Below, in pieces: positions 11,869 to 24,437 of a stretch of 64,000 bases of DNA. A program made the translations under genes and the position numbers. The first letter of the stretch is position 1. Every line of letters begins with the position of its first letter. Under the pieces are notes generated by a model. That model was not told the origin of the DNA. It worked only from the letters and a program-made list of their open reading frames with translations, and did no database searches. The stretch is from Octopus vulgaris (lineage: Eukaryota), in NCBI GenBank assembly GCA_951406725.2, contig OX597824.1, positions 74,462,001 to 74,526,000 on the forward strand, written 5' to 3'.

Positions 11869-12981
11869 CAAGATGGCATCAAGGTGTTCCCAGATGTTAT
11901 GTTTAATAAAAAATTAACTTATTTACCTAAGTTTTAACACCATCTCCTTCAAAATAGTCCCCTTGAGCAGCAATATACCAGTCCCAGTGTTTCTACCATT
12001 TTTGGAATCTGACCTGGAAGTCATTTTCCATAAGTGAGTTGAGGACATTGTGCAATTCAGTCTGGATCTTGAGGAAGAAATGAAAGTCCACAGGTGCTAA
12101 ATCTGGCATAGAGAGTGACTGCAGAAGTATTACCATATTGTCTATGGTGAGAAACTCATGACTGAGGAGAGCTTGGTGACAGAGTGCATTGTCATTGTGA
12201 AGAACACAATTCTTCACACTCCACAGACCCAGTTGCTTTCTTATTTCCTATTTCTTTACTGCCCACAAGGGGCTACACACAGAGGAGACAAACAAGGACA
12301 GACAAGGGGATTAAGTCGATTATATCGACCCCAGTGCGTAACTGGTACTTAATTAATCAACCCCGAAAGGAAGAAAGGCAAAGTCGACCTCGGTGGAATT
12401 TGAACTCAGAACGTAGCAGCAGACGAAATACAGCTAAGCATTTCGCCTGCCATGCTAACATTTCTTCCAGCTCGCTGCCTTCTTTCATCGAATGTCTTCC
12501 TTCAAACACTTCAAAGCATTTCAGTAGATCTCTTAATGGTCTGGCCCTGGGGGACAAATTCACAATGCACAATACTACATTTTCAAGGGTGATGCTCATG
12601 GCAGGTTTTCCAGATTGCTCATCATCTTCCAGGGATGTTCTACTCTTAAAGTGCCTGTGCCACTTGAAACATTGTGTATGACCCATTGCCTCATCACCAT
12701 AACCTTGCCAAAGCATGCTCAATGTCTTTGCATCAGACTTCCCAAGTTTAATGCAAAATTTCATGTTGGCTCTTTGTTCCTGTCCATGACAAAATTGCAG
12801 ACTAAAGCATACGTATGATCACAAAAATATAAATCTCACAGCTTACAAAGTAAACACAGCAATATCACTTAGCACATCGTCTCATGAATATCACTGCTAG
12901 CTCTCACTGTGCACGCAATGGTATGCTGCCATCTGTTGGCACACTACAAAACTTGTCCGGGAACTTTTTGATACCACTTCA
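11869..12981 (-). mobile_element. Decayed mariner element interrupted by a SINE (12240-12482)
   Basis: TA-flanked degenerate TIRs; HTH region KFCIKLGKS..T..ML...YGDEAM...QCFKW...FK; LHNDNA..H and PDLAPVDF (YSPDLAP-like) catalytic motifs. Confidence 0.85.
12240..12482 (-). mobile_element. SINE family A (Nin/Deu-like domain), monomer
   Basis: Family consensus head AGGCGGTGAGCTGGCAGAAACGTTAGC, GCCTTTCATCCTTTCGGGGTCGATAAATTAAGTACCAG core and AAAGAAATA tail; other monomers at 13005-13238, 23341-23572, 48446-48671 and 56411-56633. Confidence 0.85.
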
Positions 12982-13644
12982 TATGATAAGCTTCTTTCAG
13001 TTTCTTATTTGTTTATTGCCCACAATGGGCTAAACATAGAGGGGACAAACAAGGACAGACAAAGGGATTAAGTCGATTGCATCAACCCCAGTGCATAACA
13101 GGTACTTAATTTATCGACCTTGAAAGGATGAGAGGAAAAGTCAACCTTGGCAGAATTTGAACTCAGAACATAATGGCAGACCAAATACTGCTAAGCATTT
13201 CGCCCGGCATGCTAACGTTTCTGCCAACTCGCCGCCTGAAAGAAAGCTTCTTTCAATTTCTCTCTACTAAGTCCACTCATAAGGCTTTAATCAACCCGGG
13301 GCTATAATAGAAGATACTTGCCTATAGTATTACACAGTGGGACTGAATCGAAGATCACATGGTTCATTTAACATCCATTTTCCATGCTAGCATGTGTTTG
13401 ATGGTTTGACAAAATCTGACAAACCAAAGGACTGTATGAAGCTCTACTGTCTGCTTTGGCAAGGTTTCTATGGCTGGTTGCCCTTCTTAACACCAACCCC
13501 TTCACAGAGTGTATTGAGAGCTTTGTGTTTTGTGGCACTAGCAGTGGTGAGATCACCAAATAACTTGCAAGACCCTCAGATAAGTGGGGATGTAGTCTTG
13601 AGAGAGGTGGCTATATGCCAAGTATTGAGAGGTTATATATGTAT

Positions 13645-13940
13645 ATCACGTGATCACGTGACCGACCAGGCTATCAGATGTTGCTACACATCGCTCATCA
13701 CAATGCGCTTCGCATTGTTTTAGCCTTCAAATGATGCCACCCCGCTGGCTAAGTGAAAGAGTGAGAGAAAGTTGCGGTGAAAGAGTACAGCAGGGATCGC
13801 CAATACCCCCTGCCAGAGCCTCGTAGAGCTTTAAGTGTTTTCGCTCAATAAACACTCACAACGCCCAGTCTGGGAATCAAAACCGCGATCCTACGACCGC
13901 GAGTCTGCTGCCCAAACCACTGGGCCATTGCGCCTCCACA
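13645..13940 (-). mobile_element. SINE with a family D head and an alternative tail ending in (TCACGTGA)2
   Basis: Head nearly identical to 10110-10290; tail matches the fragment at 8281-8333. Confidence 0.8.
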
Positions 13941-13954
13941 TATATGTATGTAAG

Positions 13955-14010
<56 letters not shown>

Positions 14011-15054
14011 CGTTGGGATGGGCATCCAGCTGTAAAAACATTGCCAGATAAGACTGGAGCCTGGTGCAGCCTTCTGGCTTCGCAGATCCCCCGTCGAACC
14101 GTCCAACCCATGCTAGCATGGAGAACGGACGTTAAACGATGATGATGATGATGATATATATATATATATATATATACATATTTATATATATCATATATGA
14201 CTTTATATACATCACAGTAACATCTGAAATCCTAATTGATTACTATTATAAACTGAGATATAAATAGTTCACTGAAATTAATTAATTGCTCCAAATTAAT
14301 TACAATCCATAAAAAATACAATAGTTAGGTTAGTATTAATACATTTAATGTCAAGGCCATTAAAAGTCTAATTAGAAATACATATGCTGTGTGAAAAAGA
14401 AAGTGTTAAATCAATGACTTTTATATCATATTTTCCATCAGTTTATCACACTTGGTGCCATACCATGTTTAACATTTACTTAAATGATGATTTAGCAGAG
14501 GTGGTTTGATGGAAATTTAGCTGTGATTTCATGCGGGTTGGATGACACAGTCTGTCCATAAATTATCTTTACAGCTTCTATAATTTATTGTATTATATTG
14601 TCTTGATGTATTGCATGCAGCCAGTGCTGCCCATGTAGAAATGTTTTGTTGTTTCTAATAAAACTTTATTTGTTTGCCAATAAATTCTGCTGAGTTATCT
14701 TTATTTTTCATTCTTTTCTGAATTTTTTAAATTGTAAAGGTAATTTATGGACACACTGCACAATAATAATTTATCTCAAATCACCCACTCTTTTTAAGTT
14801 ATATTTGCACTACTAGCTCTCACCTCCATAAAACACACACAATCTTGAACCGATAAAGGAGCCTCTATGGATTCACTCAATCTGATAGAAATTGTAGCAA
14901 AATCTTCCTAAAATCCCTGCAGCTTGATAGAATGCTTTGTGCTATTTGTGTCAGTTTTTTGCACTATGAGTTCAAATCCCATTAAAGTCCAATTTTACCT
15001 TTCTTTCTTATGAAGTCAATAACTTGAATAACAGTCCAGTACTGGTGTTGAGTC

Positions 15055-15232
15055 TTCTTCTTCTTCTTCTTCTTCTTCTTCTTCTTCTTCTTCTTCTTCT
15101 TCTTCTTCTTCTTCTTCTTCTTCTTCTTCTTCTTCTTCTTCTTCTTCTTCTTCTTCTTCTTCTTCTTCTTCTTCTTCTTCTTCTTCTTCTTCTTCTTCTT
15201 CTTCTTCTTCTTCTTCTTCTTCTCTTCTTCTT

Positions 15233-15274
<42 letters not shown>

Positions 15275-15275
15275 T
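15055..15275. repeat. (CTT)n of about 180 bp followed by an (ATT)n microsatellite
   Basis: Direct reading. Confidence 0.98.
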
Positions 15276-15478
15276 TTTAAATTTCTCTCACATACTTATT
15301 TTCTGGCAGAAATTGGCAAGAAATTTCAAACCCTCTTCAGTGTCTGCACATTGCCAAAATCTAAATCTCCAAAATCTAAATCTAAGGACAGCTTTTTAAA
15401 TGCCCAAGTCATATCGTATGTGATGCTGATGCTGTTATGACTCCATTGGGAGTTAAGGACCCACCTACCACCAATACC

Positions 15479-15510
<32 letters not shown>

Positions 15511-16570
15511 CAGCAGCAGCAGCAGCAATAACAAAAACTTAATGAGTCTCTCACTATTACTTCTGCAAATTCTAGGAAATCTATGATTTACTGAGGAGAT
15601 CTATTAATACTGAAACATATCTGGAATTACCTACCATGATTGCTGAATTGATTAAAATAATATTAGTCATTAAATTAACGCTGTTGGTTTTTTCCCCCTT
15701 TTCATCATCTGATAATTTATTTTCTGATTAGGTTTCTAATACTCACTGCTTTAATTATGTTAACATTAACTTAAGGATTTGTATTTTCTTACGCTTCACT
15801 CTGAAACTAAAGCTTGCCTAAATAAATAAATATTTTAAGTACTAATTAGTTTTGCTACTGGGTTACATGATTAATTTTACCCATTAATTGCACTAAGTGT
15901 GAATCATCGTTTAATATTGCTTATCCAAGGAACGTTAATTGGTAGAATCTTTGGAGTATCAGGCAAAAAGCCCTGTGTTTTTTAGTTACAGCTTTTTACT
16001 TTCAGAGTTCAAATACTGCTGGAGTCAACTTTTCATTTTATTCTTTCAGGGTCAATAAATTAAAACACATGTCCAGTACTAGGGTTGATATATTTTGATG
16101 TATTTGACAATATCCTGCCCCTAAATTTGAGGACTTATGCCTGTCTTTGAAATCAATATTTATATGAGATGACTATGAAGCAATTTTCCCCAGTTCTAAA
16201 TTCAATGTGTTGTACTTAACATATTTTTTCCTTGATTGAGAATAACTTTACTGTTACAATAAACATTTTCAATAAAATATGCTTATGCCCACATGCACAA
16301 ACTGAGTTAAAGATAGTTGATAGTTTATTATGTTTTTTTAAAGCCAAATTATATCTTCAAAGATAAATACATATTTCTACATATTTCTATCTATTTTTTA
16401 CCTTAAAAATTAAATATTTAACATAATAAATGTGTTGTAGGAAATAATCCTAATGTTTTAAGTTTCTAATTTAGTTAATGCAGTTTTTTCTATAAGAAAA
16501 ATTATTATTTTATTTATCTTAAATAAATATTGTTTAACTCTATTTGCTTATTTATTTAACTATTATCATT

Positions 16571-16670
16571 AACCTGAAGATTGACTATAATTTTAAATCA
16601 AATTTATTTCAATTGAATTTAAACTTAATTGTAATTCGAATTTAATTGTAGCCATGAAACGTACGTAGTT
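16571..16670 (+). ncRNA. Type-I hammerhead ribozyme motif (Penelope-associated type, long stem II)
   Basis: aac|CTGAAGA|T-tgactataatt...aattgtagcca-T|GAAAC|GTAC|GTA|gtt: intact core, palindromic stem III, 3-bp stem I. Confidence 0.7.
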
Positions 16671-16957
16671 TTTTTAATTAATATATTATATATTGATCAT
16701 TCATTTTTAAACGTTTTGAGATCTAGTTATTAGTTATATGTTTTATAAAAATATATATTATTTGTTATTTATGTATTGGTTTATGTCTATCAATGTTTGA
16801 GTTGCATAATAGTGGTTTTATCTCTAATTTATATTTTATATATTTATACTGTGAAATTTGATTTAATACTAAATTGAATTTTTCCCTGTAAGTTTGGAGT
16901 TATACTCTCTAATATTATTATTATTATATATATGAATATATATATATATATATATGT

Positions 16958-17277
16958 AAAATTATAATTTAGGGTATCTAAGAGATACCACCACACTTGA
17001 AATAGCAGCCAAAATTTGACTCTAAAACCACATTAAAAATCCATTAATTTTTTTGCTAGTTTATTTTGTCTTTTTGTCTTCTCTCCTGGTGCTGTATGAA
17101 CTTTTAATATGGTTTTAGAGTCAAATTTTGGCTGCTATTTCAAGCGTGGTGGTATCTCTTAGATACCCTAAATTATAATTTTTAAAATAATTATTACCTT
17201 TGAAGGTTTTTATTCCCATGCTTGCCACTTGATAAGTTCATATCTAAATAACAATCTTATCTTTACTTATATAAATT
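16958..17277. repeat. Fold-back module between TA tracts (arms of about 81 bp); probable Penelope-like terminal repeat relic
   Basis: 16958-17038 is the reverse complement of 17102-17182; flanked by (TA)n. Confidence 0.7.
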
Positions 17278-17604
17278 TATATATATATATACACACACAC
17301 ATATATATATACATATGTAACCCTACCAATGCTGGTACCATGTAGAAAGCATCCAGTCAACAGTCCACACTGGAAATTGGTTGGTATTTGGAAAGGTACC
17401 AAACTGTAAAAAACCATACCAAAATTGACCTCACTTGTGCTGGTGCCACATAAAAAGCACTCAGTCCACTCTGTAAGGTAGTTGGTATTAGGAAGGGCAT
17501 CCAGCCGTAAAAACCATGTTAAAACAGACACAGAAGTCTGGTGCAATCTTCTGCCTAGCCAGCTCCTGTCAAACCATCCAAACCATGTCAGCATGGAAAG
17601 CAAG

Positions 17605-18807
17605 AAACACAGAGGTTTACAATATTATCCACCAGAACATACCGCAATTAAAACAAGACCCCAGAATGAAACAAGCATTCGAAATACACAAAATAATCAA
17701 AAGTAAAAGACAATAAAAGTCCTGCAAAAAATTCCTTACGAGTGCTAAATTACCTTCCACAATTCCTACACCAACAGTCAAAAAATATAGCTGCCCCAAT
17801 TGCGGGACCTGCATCAACCTTACTGAAGACGCAGCATACAAATTCAAATCAGGATTGACTTTTAGCATAAAAAAATCACTTTACATGTTCTTCAAGGAAC
17901 TTAATATACGCTATCAAATGTCAAGGATGTAATGAAGATTACATAGGTCAAACGAAGCTTAATCTAAGAAATAGACTGATCATTCACCAACAACAAATAT
18001 AAGACCCCAGTACTAGACAGATTCCACTGAGTGGTCACATAGACATATGTGCAAAAAATAAGTCCCCTAAATTTAAGGTCTTCCCACTCTACCTATGTTC
18101 AGCGAATACCACAGATGAAGCACAGATAAACAAAGAAAATACGTTCATACAAAAGTACAAAACTATAACAGAATACATATACAAATAACTATTCACACAC
18201 AAAATTCATTCTGCCACTTATCATGAGGAAGCTACATAGCTAACAACCTAAATTGTAGCCTTTGGACAACATACAAATGACTCCAATTCACTCTCTCACC
18301 AGGCAGATTAAATTTGGAGTGCTTTGGTTTTAACTAAATATGTTCACTCAACCGTGTCGGCCTTCTTTTTAGGTGCTTATATACTGTTATATAACACTAA
18401 CACACACAGACATAGCAGGAAACGTATAAAAAGTTATAAATTTAATCATATGTTCATTCTCTACAAATACTTGACAGAAAACATTCAGGGTATTGATTGT
18501 TTCGAATTGTTCAGTCAACTGCGTCAGCCTTAACTTACAACGCAAAACATTATCCCTAGACGGACGTAGCAGGGAACCTACAAAAATTTCTAAAACCAGT
18601 CATGTGACTATCCTCTACCAATCAAATCTTATTCAAAACATATACTAATTTGAACCTATTGTGAGGATGATTTGGTTGTTGACTGAGGATAGAAATCTTC
18701 GAATGACCTGTCCTTGTTTTCTTGTATCGTCTATCTGGATGTTTTGTTGTCCCATTTTTTATCACCTAGTTGTCCGGATGTTTTGCGTTCTTGTCCCATT
18801 TTGTATT

Positions 18808-18810
<3 letters not shown>
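17605..18810 (+). pseudogene. Penelope-like element 3' fragment: GIY-YIG endonuclease (Neptune-like) plus 3' UTR
   Basis: Translation from about 17880: FTCSSRNLIYAIKCQGCNEDYIGQTKLNLRNRLIIHQQQI*...LSGH; upstream Cys cluster SCPNCGTC; ends at (TA)n. Confidence 0.85.
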
Positions 18811-18871
<61 letters not shown>

Positions 18872-18934
18872 GGATAAGATCGTTATTTAAATATCTAACT
18901 TATCAAATGGCCAGCATGGGAATACCTTTGAGGG

Positions 18935-19012
<78 letters not shown>

Positions 19013-19017
19013 CACAC

Positions 19018-19068
<51 letters not shown>

Positions 19069-19879
19069 TATACATACACACATATATACATATAACAATG
19101 ATGTTAATGATATATGTATATGCACTCATACACATATATAGTTATGTATATATGTGCGTGTGTGTGTTTATACATACATACATACATACATACACACACC
19201 TTATTTAAGCAATATTGATAATTTTCCTCTTTTACCGAGATATGAAAGCTATCGCACTCTCTTCTACGAAAGAACATGTCTACTGTTAAATGTGTAATTT
19301 TCCTGATGTCAAAATGTAACCAAAATAGTTTTAATAATTACACATAGTGGATGACCTGTTGACACAAAACAAAAAGAAAAAAAAGATTCATATAATTACC
19401 CCCTATTGCAAATAATTAGGCTGTAATTATTAACTTTAACGAGTTTCAGGCAGTATTTTCTGATCTCATTCCCAGAACTGGAAATATTCAAAAGTTAGGA
19501 TGATATTTCGTTTCTTTTATTTACTTCTGTGTTTATTGTTGTTGATTGCTGTTGTTGATATCGTTGCTGTCCATGTTGTTGTTGTTGTTGTTGTAGCTGT
19601 TGTTGTTGCTGTTCCTCTTTTATCTGCCCATACTCTCATCAGCCTTTCCTTTATCTTTCATCTTGTATCTTTTACTGGTTGCAGTCATTGGATTGCAGCC
19701 ATACTCAGGCATCACCTTGAAGGGTTTTAGCCAAATTCATCAACTCTTTGTTAAGCTTACTACCCATTCTCTCAGTCTCTAATGCCAAACCACTATGTTA
19801 CAAGGACATAAACAAACCAACACTGGCTGTCAAGTGGTGTTGGGCACAAACACAAATACACCCACATACACACGCAATC

Positions 19880-20292
19880 TTTTGTTCTTTTATTCTTTTA
19901 TTTGTTGCAGTCATTTGACTGCAGCCATGCTGGAGCACCATCTTTTGATCAAATAAATTGACCCCAGGACTTATTCTTTGTAAACCTAGTACTTATTCTA
20001 TCGGACTCTTTTGATGAACCGCTAAGTTATGGAGATATAAACACACCAACATCTGTTGTCACGTGATGGTGGGGGACAAATACAGATACAAAAACATATA
20101 CATGTGTGTGCATATAAATATGTATATAAGATGGGCTTCTTTCAGTTTCCATCTACCAAATCCACTCACTAGGTTTTGGTTGGCCTGCAGCTATAGTGGA
20201 AGACACTTGCCCAAGGGGCAATTCAGTGGGACTGAACCCAGAACCATGTGGTTCGGAAGCAAGCTTCTTACCACACGGCCACATCTGCACCT
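19880..20292 (-). mobile_element. SINE family B copy
   Basis: Homologous to 6165-6619. Confidence 0.8.
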
Positions 20293-20631
20293 ATATATAT
20301 ATATATATCAAAGCATCAAAGATCCTTCCAGAACCATAGTCACATAAGGTCAGTTGTCTGGATTCTGTGATATATATACTCTCACTCTGGATGGGATTAC
20401 TCATTTTTGCTGGTTAAGTGGACTGCTGCAATGTAAAATAAAATGTCTTGCACAAGAACACAATGCATTGCCCAGTCCAGGAACTGAAACCACAATCTTA
20501 CGATCATGTGTGCAACACCCTAATCACTTAGCCACATACCTCCAAGATATATATACATACATACATACGACGATGATGATGATGATGATGACATACATAT
20601 ATATATATATACATACATACATACATATATA

Positions 20632-21928
20632 TCTCTTATTATAAAAGGCAGATTTTATCTGCCTCCCTTTGTAAGTTATAGAAATCTACAATATAGGATT
20701 TCTTCAATTACAATTTACCTAGCATTTTTAAGAGTAGAATGCATCGGGTCATGCCAGGTCCAGTTTTTAAAATTTAAACTCCAATTAAGCAAAATTTACA
20801 GAAAACTCACATTCTGGTGTGTATGTCAAATGCTCTTCTTAATGTGGTTTACACCACATGCAAACGCACACACACACAAAGGGAACGAACTGTTTCACTG
20901 ACGCTATCACCCTTCTCCTCCTTTGTCTTTGCAAGTTTGCAGCTATTAAAGTGAAAACAGTGAATCCGACAGTGATAAAGAAAACGAATTGGTACCTGAA
21001 TGGAGTGAAAATTTAAAAACTGTTTCTTTCGGTGATTTTTCTGAAGAAACTGGACCAAGCCACAGACTTTCCCAGAAGAGTAAAGCCTTAAACTATTTCT
21101 ATTTACTTTTTCGAATGAGCCTATTTGAAATCATTACGGCAGAAACAAACCGTTACGCTAAACGTAAACAAAACGAAAGAAAGGATAGTTTGTTATTTCC
21201 CACAACCTTAAATGAAATTAAGGCCTATTTTGCCATAAATATTATTATGGGTATCAGAAAGTTACCCAGAATAACAAATTATATCGTAAAATTTTGTTGT
21301 ATACCCAATTGAATATTAGCTAATAACCCATTTTCTATAGCGATGTTTGAACAAAATTTTAATAATTTTATATATTGTTGAATTTACCTGTATCTACCTG
21401 CAATTAGAGTCACTTTGTGACAAAAATTATAGTATAGAATTGGTTGAGGACATTTCATTAAATTATCTTCCAAAAATCACATTAATATATTGATAAATAA
21501 AAAGTTATTGTTGTTTAATGAAACCAGACTAAATTTATGATTACGTTAGAAAATAATTGAAACACATAAGGGGTGTATTTTGGTCAGAAATATAGTAACG
21601 AAAGGGTTAAGAAAAACCAAACCAGGTATCTTATAGTCGTGAGTCATATCGAGCCCTTCTGGGTATTAGCGCGCGTCTATGATGAGTCTACGATTTAAAA
21701 AAATTTACCATCATATTTTTCCATTTTAATGCATTTTTTTCGCTATTATATAAGGGAAGTAACTCTCTAAAAATATCTACGATGTGTCAACGATTTAAAA
21801 AGAAATTTACCTTAATTTTTTTTCCATTTTTAATGCATTTTTTTCCTATTTTTTGGCTATAACTCTCTAAAAATGCTTATATAGTTATTTCCCTTACAAA
21901 CCCGAGCAACGCCGGGCGATACTGCTAG
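20632..21928 (+). mobile_element. Non-autonomous Helitron (1.3 kb) containing a piggyBac fragment
   Basis: A|TC start; hairpin plus CTAG|T end identical to the other copies; 21615-21928 homologous to 33659-33975. Confidence 0.8.
20989..21312 (+). pseudogene. piggyBac transposase fragment (DDE_Tnp_1_7-like N-terminal part)
   Basis: LNYFYLLF...LFEIITAETNRYA...PTTLNEIKAYFAINIIMGIRKLPRITNY; piggyBac right end GTAACGAAAGGG|TTAA at 21595-21610. Confidence 0.85.
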
Positions 21929-21991
21929 TATATATATATATTAATATATATATATATATATCAAAATAAGCAACAAGGATATCCAGAGGTA

Positions 21992-22080
21992 ATGCAGTAC
22001 GATCGTTTCATGTGACTCCATTTAATTGAACAATGCAAATATTATATCAATTTAAAATGTAGAGCAATCTTCAGCTGCAT
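21992..22080 (-). ncRNA. Type-I hammerhead ribozyme motif
   Basis: Minus strand: ATGCAG|CTGAAGA|T...long AU hairpin...T|GAAAC|GATC|GTA|CTGCAT, with a perfect 6-bp stem I. Confidence 0.8.
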
Positions 22081-22256
22081 AAAAATATACAATTTAGCTA
22101 AATTTGAAGGATTCATTTGTGAAAAAATCTCAGTTACAACTATGATATTGTTGATGAAACATGTTCTTTGTCTATCTACTTATCCTCTTTGTGATTTTGG
22201 ATAATAAGAAAACTATACAAATGAATCCTTCGAATTTAACTAAATTCTATATTTTT

Positions 22257-22345
22257 ATGCAGCTGAAGATTGTTCTACATTTTAAATTGATGTAATATTT
22301 GCATTGTTCAATTAAATGGAGTCGCATGAAACGATCGTAATGCAT
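22257..22345 (+). ncRNA. Type-I hammerhead ribozyme motif (second arm)
   Basis: ATGCAG|CTGAAGA|T...T|GAAAC|GATC|GTA|ATGCAT, with one stem-I mismatch. Confidence 0.72.
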
Positions 22346-22509
22346 TACCTCTGGATATCCTTGTTGCTTATTTTGATTATAATCACCCCATTTTGAATTA
22401 TATGGATAATACCATACTAAATTCTGGTGCCTTTAACTTAAGTACCATATTCAACTGAATCTATATATATATGGGTGGTGGGGTTGAGTGCCCTTCTTTC
22501 ATTTATTCA

Positions 22510-22544
<35 letters not shown>

Positions 22545-22553
22545 AGATATATA

Positions 22554-23720
22554 CAGGGTGTGGTGAATATATTGTCAACTAAATTATGCAACAGTGAAAA
22601 TAACTCTGACATCTCACTTTGACAGATATATTTACCAAAATTACATAAAAATATCTTGAAATACTTAAGAGTAAATTTATTCAATAGAAACGTCATTGGC
22701 TTCAAAAACAGCCTCTAGACGACTTTGTAATCTTCTGCAACTCTTCTGGATGGTCTCCTTGTTTAAGTTGGTGAATGCTGCCATAATCCTTGCCTTCAGT
22801 TCATCTTTAGTGTTACAAGGAGTTTTGTCGGTCTCTCGCACAACTGCCCCACATATAATAATCAAGGGGGTTGCAGTGTGCCAGATGTTAGGGGTAATGT
22901 GGTTGCAGAAATTGTCTGACAGCCATGACTGGGTTTCCCTGCTTGTGTGGCATGGAGAAGTCTTGTTGCCAGAAATAGGGTCTTCCAGCAGCCACCCTCT
23001 TGACCCAGGGCAGCACTACTTCCTCCAGGCACTTGATGTAGGCTTCCATGCTGAGCCTGAGGCCATGTGGGAAGATGAATGAAGGCATAACGTTACCATC
23101 ACTAGTGATCACTTCCATGATGTTGACTGGATGTTTGATTTTTATCACTCTCGATACATGTCCTCAACTGCACTGTCCACAGATTGACACCCAAACACTG
23201 AGGTGTTCATATTGGAGTGCATCCAGTGTTAATGCCAAGCAGTACAGCATGTTGTTTCCAAATTTCTGGCAGAATGAAGGCGGTGAGCTGGCAGAAACGT
23301 TATCTCCTTGAGAACTATGTTAAGGGTAAACATATCTGTAAGGCGGTGAGCTGGCAGAAACGTTAGCACGCCGGGCAAAATGCTTAGTGATATTTTGTCT
23401 GCCGCTACGTTCTAAGTTAAAATTCCACCGAGGCCGACTTTGCCTTTCATCCTTTCAGGGTCGATAAATTAAGTACCAGTTATGCACCGGGGTCGATGTA
23501 ATCAACTTAACCCCTTTGTTTGTCCTTGTTTGTCCCCTCTGTGTTTAGCCCTTTGTGGGCAATAAAGAAATAAGAATGAATTGTGTCATGGTGCTGTTTT
23601 TCTCACAGACGGTGCCTGACTGCCCCTACTATACTGTGTAGTTGACACAATCAAAAACTCAAAATGCGCATATGCAAAATTAAAAATATAAAATGGTGAC
23701 AATTTACCCATCACACCCTG
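22554..23720 (-). mobile_element. Decayed Tc1/mariner-superfamily element (maT/DD37D-like) with an inserted SINE (23279-23572)
   Basis: TA|CAGGGTGTG(G/A)TG TIRs; ITSDG..MP.FIF..GL...EAYIKCLEEVVLPW, WQQD and KTPCNTKDELKARI; SINE TSD agaatgaa. Confidence 0.85.
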
Positions 23721-23964
23721 TATAAAAGTAATGTTTATCGCCACATCAATATGGCTGTTCAATGGTACTACCATTTTAATCCCAGGCAGATCCTCTGCCA
23801 GCTGGTTAATAGTGCAACCTGCACCTTGAAAGCAAGGGAGCAAACACCTGATCAAATTTAATATACATTCCACAGGTTCCCTTCGCAATTAGAGCTTAGA
23901 AATGACCTATGCAGCAGTTCTCATCCTTACACATCACATGACCAAACCAGCACAGTCTGTGTGT

Positions 23965-24310
23965 GTGTGTGTAAAGAGTAAAGACCCCCTCGGTCATGAA
24001 TAACCATGCGATTGCACCTAGAAAGTTTCCTTTCAAGGTACAAGTCTGGGCAAATTTGTTTATGGAAGACCAGCAGTCGCCCATGCATACCAGCCTCCCC
24101 TTTCCATGCCACCGATGTTATCCAAGGGAAAGGCCAATACAGTTTGGCATCAGTGACATCACAACTCATATCTGCAGCTGTGTGAACTGGAGCAACATGA
24201 AATAAAATCTCTTGCTCAAGACCACAACACACAACCCAGTCTAGGAATCAAACTCACTATCTCAAGATTGTGAGCCTGGTGCTCTAACCACTGGATCATG
24301 TGCCTTCAAA
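23965..24310 (-). mobile_element. tRNA/CORE-like SINE with a distinct tail
   Basis: Head and CORE-like part resemble 9620-9762; different 3' half ending GGGGGTCTTTAC. Confidence 0.7.
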
Positions 24311-24397
24311 GAATTCAGATTCTACCAAGACTTGAGCTTAGATTGCTGGATTCATATGGATTCAGAGTCCAGAGTACTAACCATAACACCATAGAAG

Positions 24398-24436
<39 letters not shown>

Positions 24437-24437
<1 letters not shown>

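Larger units (their letters stand above)
21961..22376. repeat. 160-bp inverted repeat (96-bp spacer) carrying a hammerhead motif in each arm
   Basis: 21961-22120 is the near reverse complement of 22217-22376; the module is flanked by (TA)n. Confidence 0.92.

Noticed and set aside
15016-15440. Poly-E and poly-L ORFs
   Set aside because: (CTT)n microsatellite
18678-18715. Hammerhead-like CTGAGGA...TTCGAAT downstream of the GIY-YIG relic
   Set aside because: The position fits, but GAAA is broken and no adjacent stem I could be drawn
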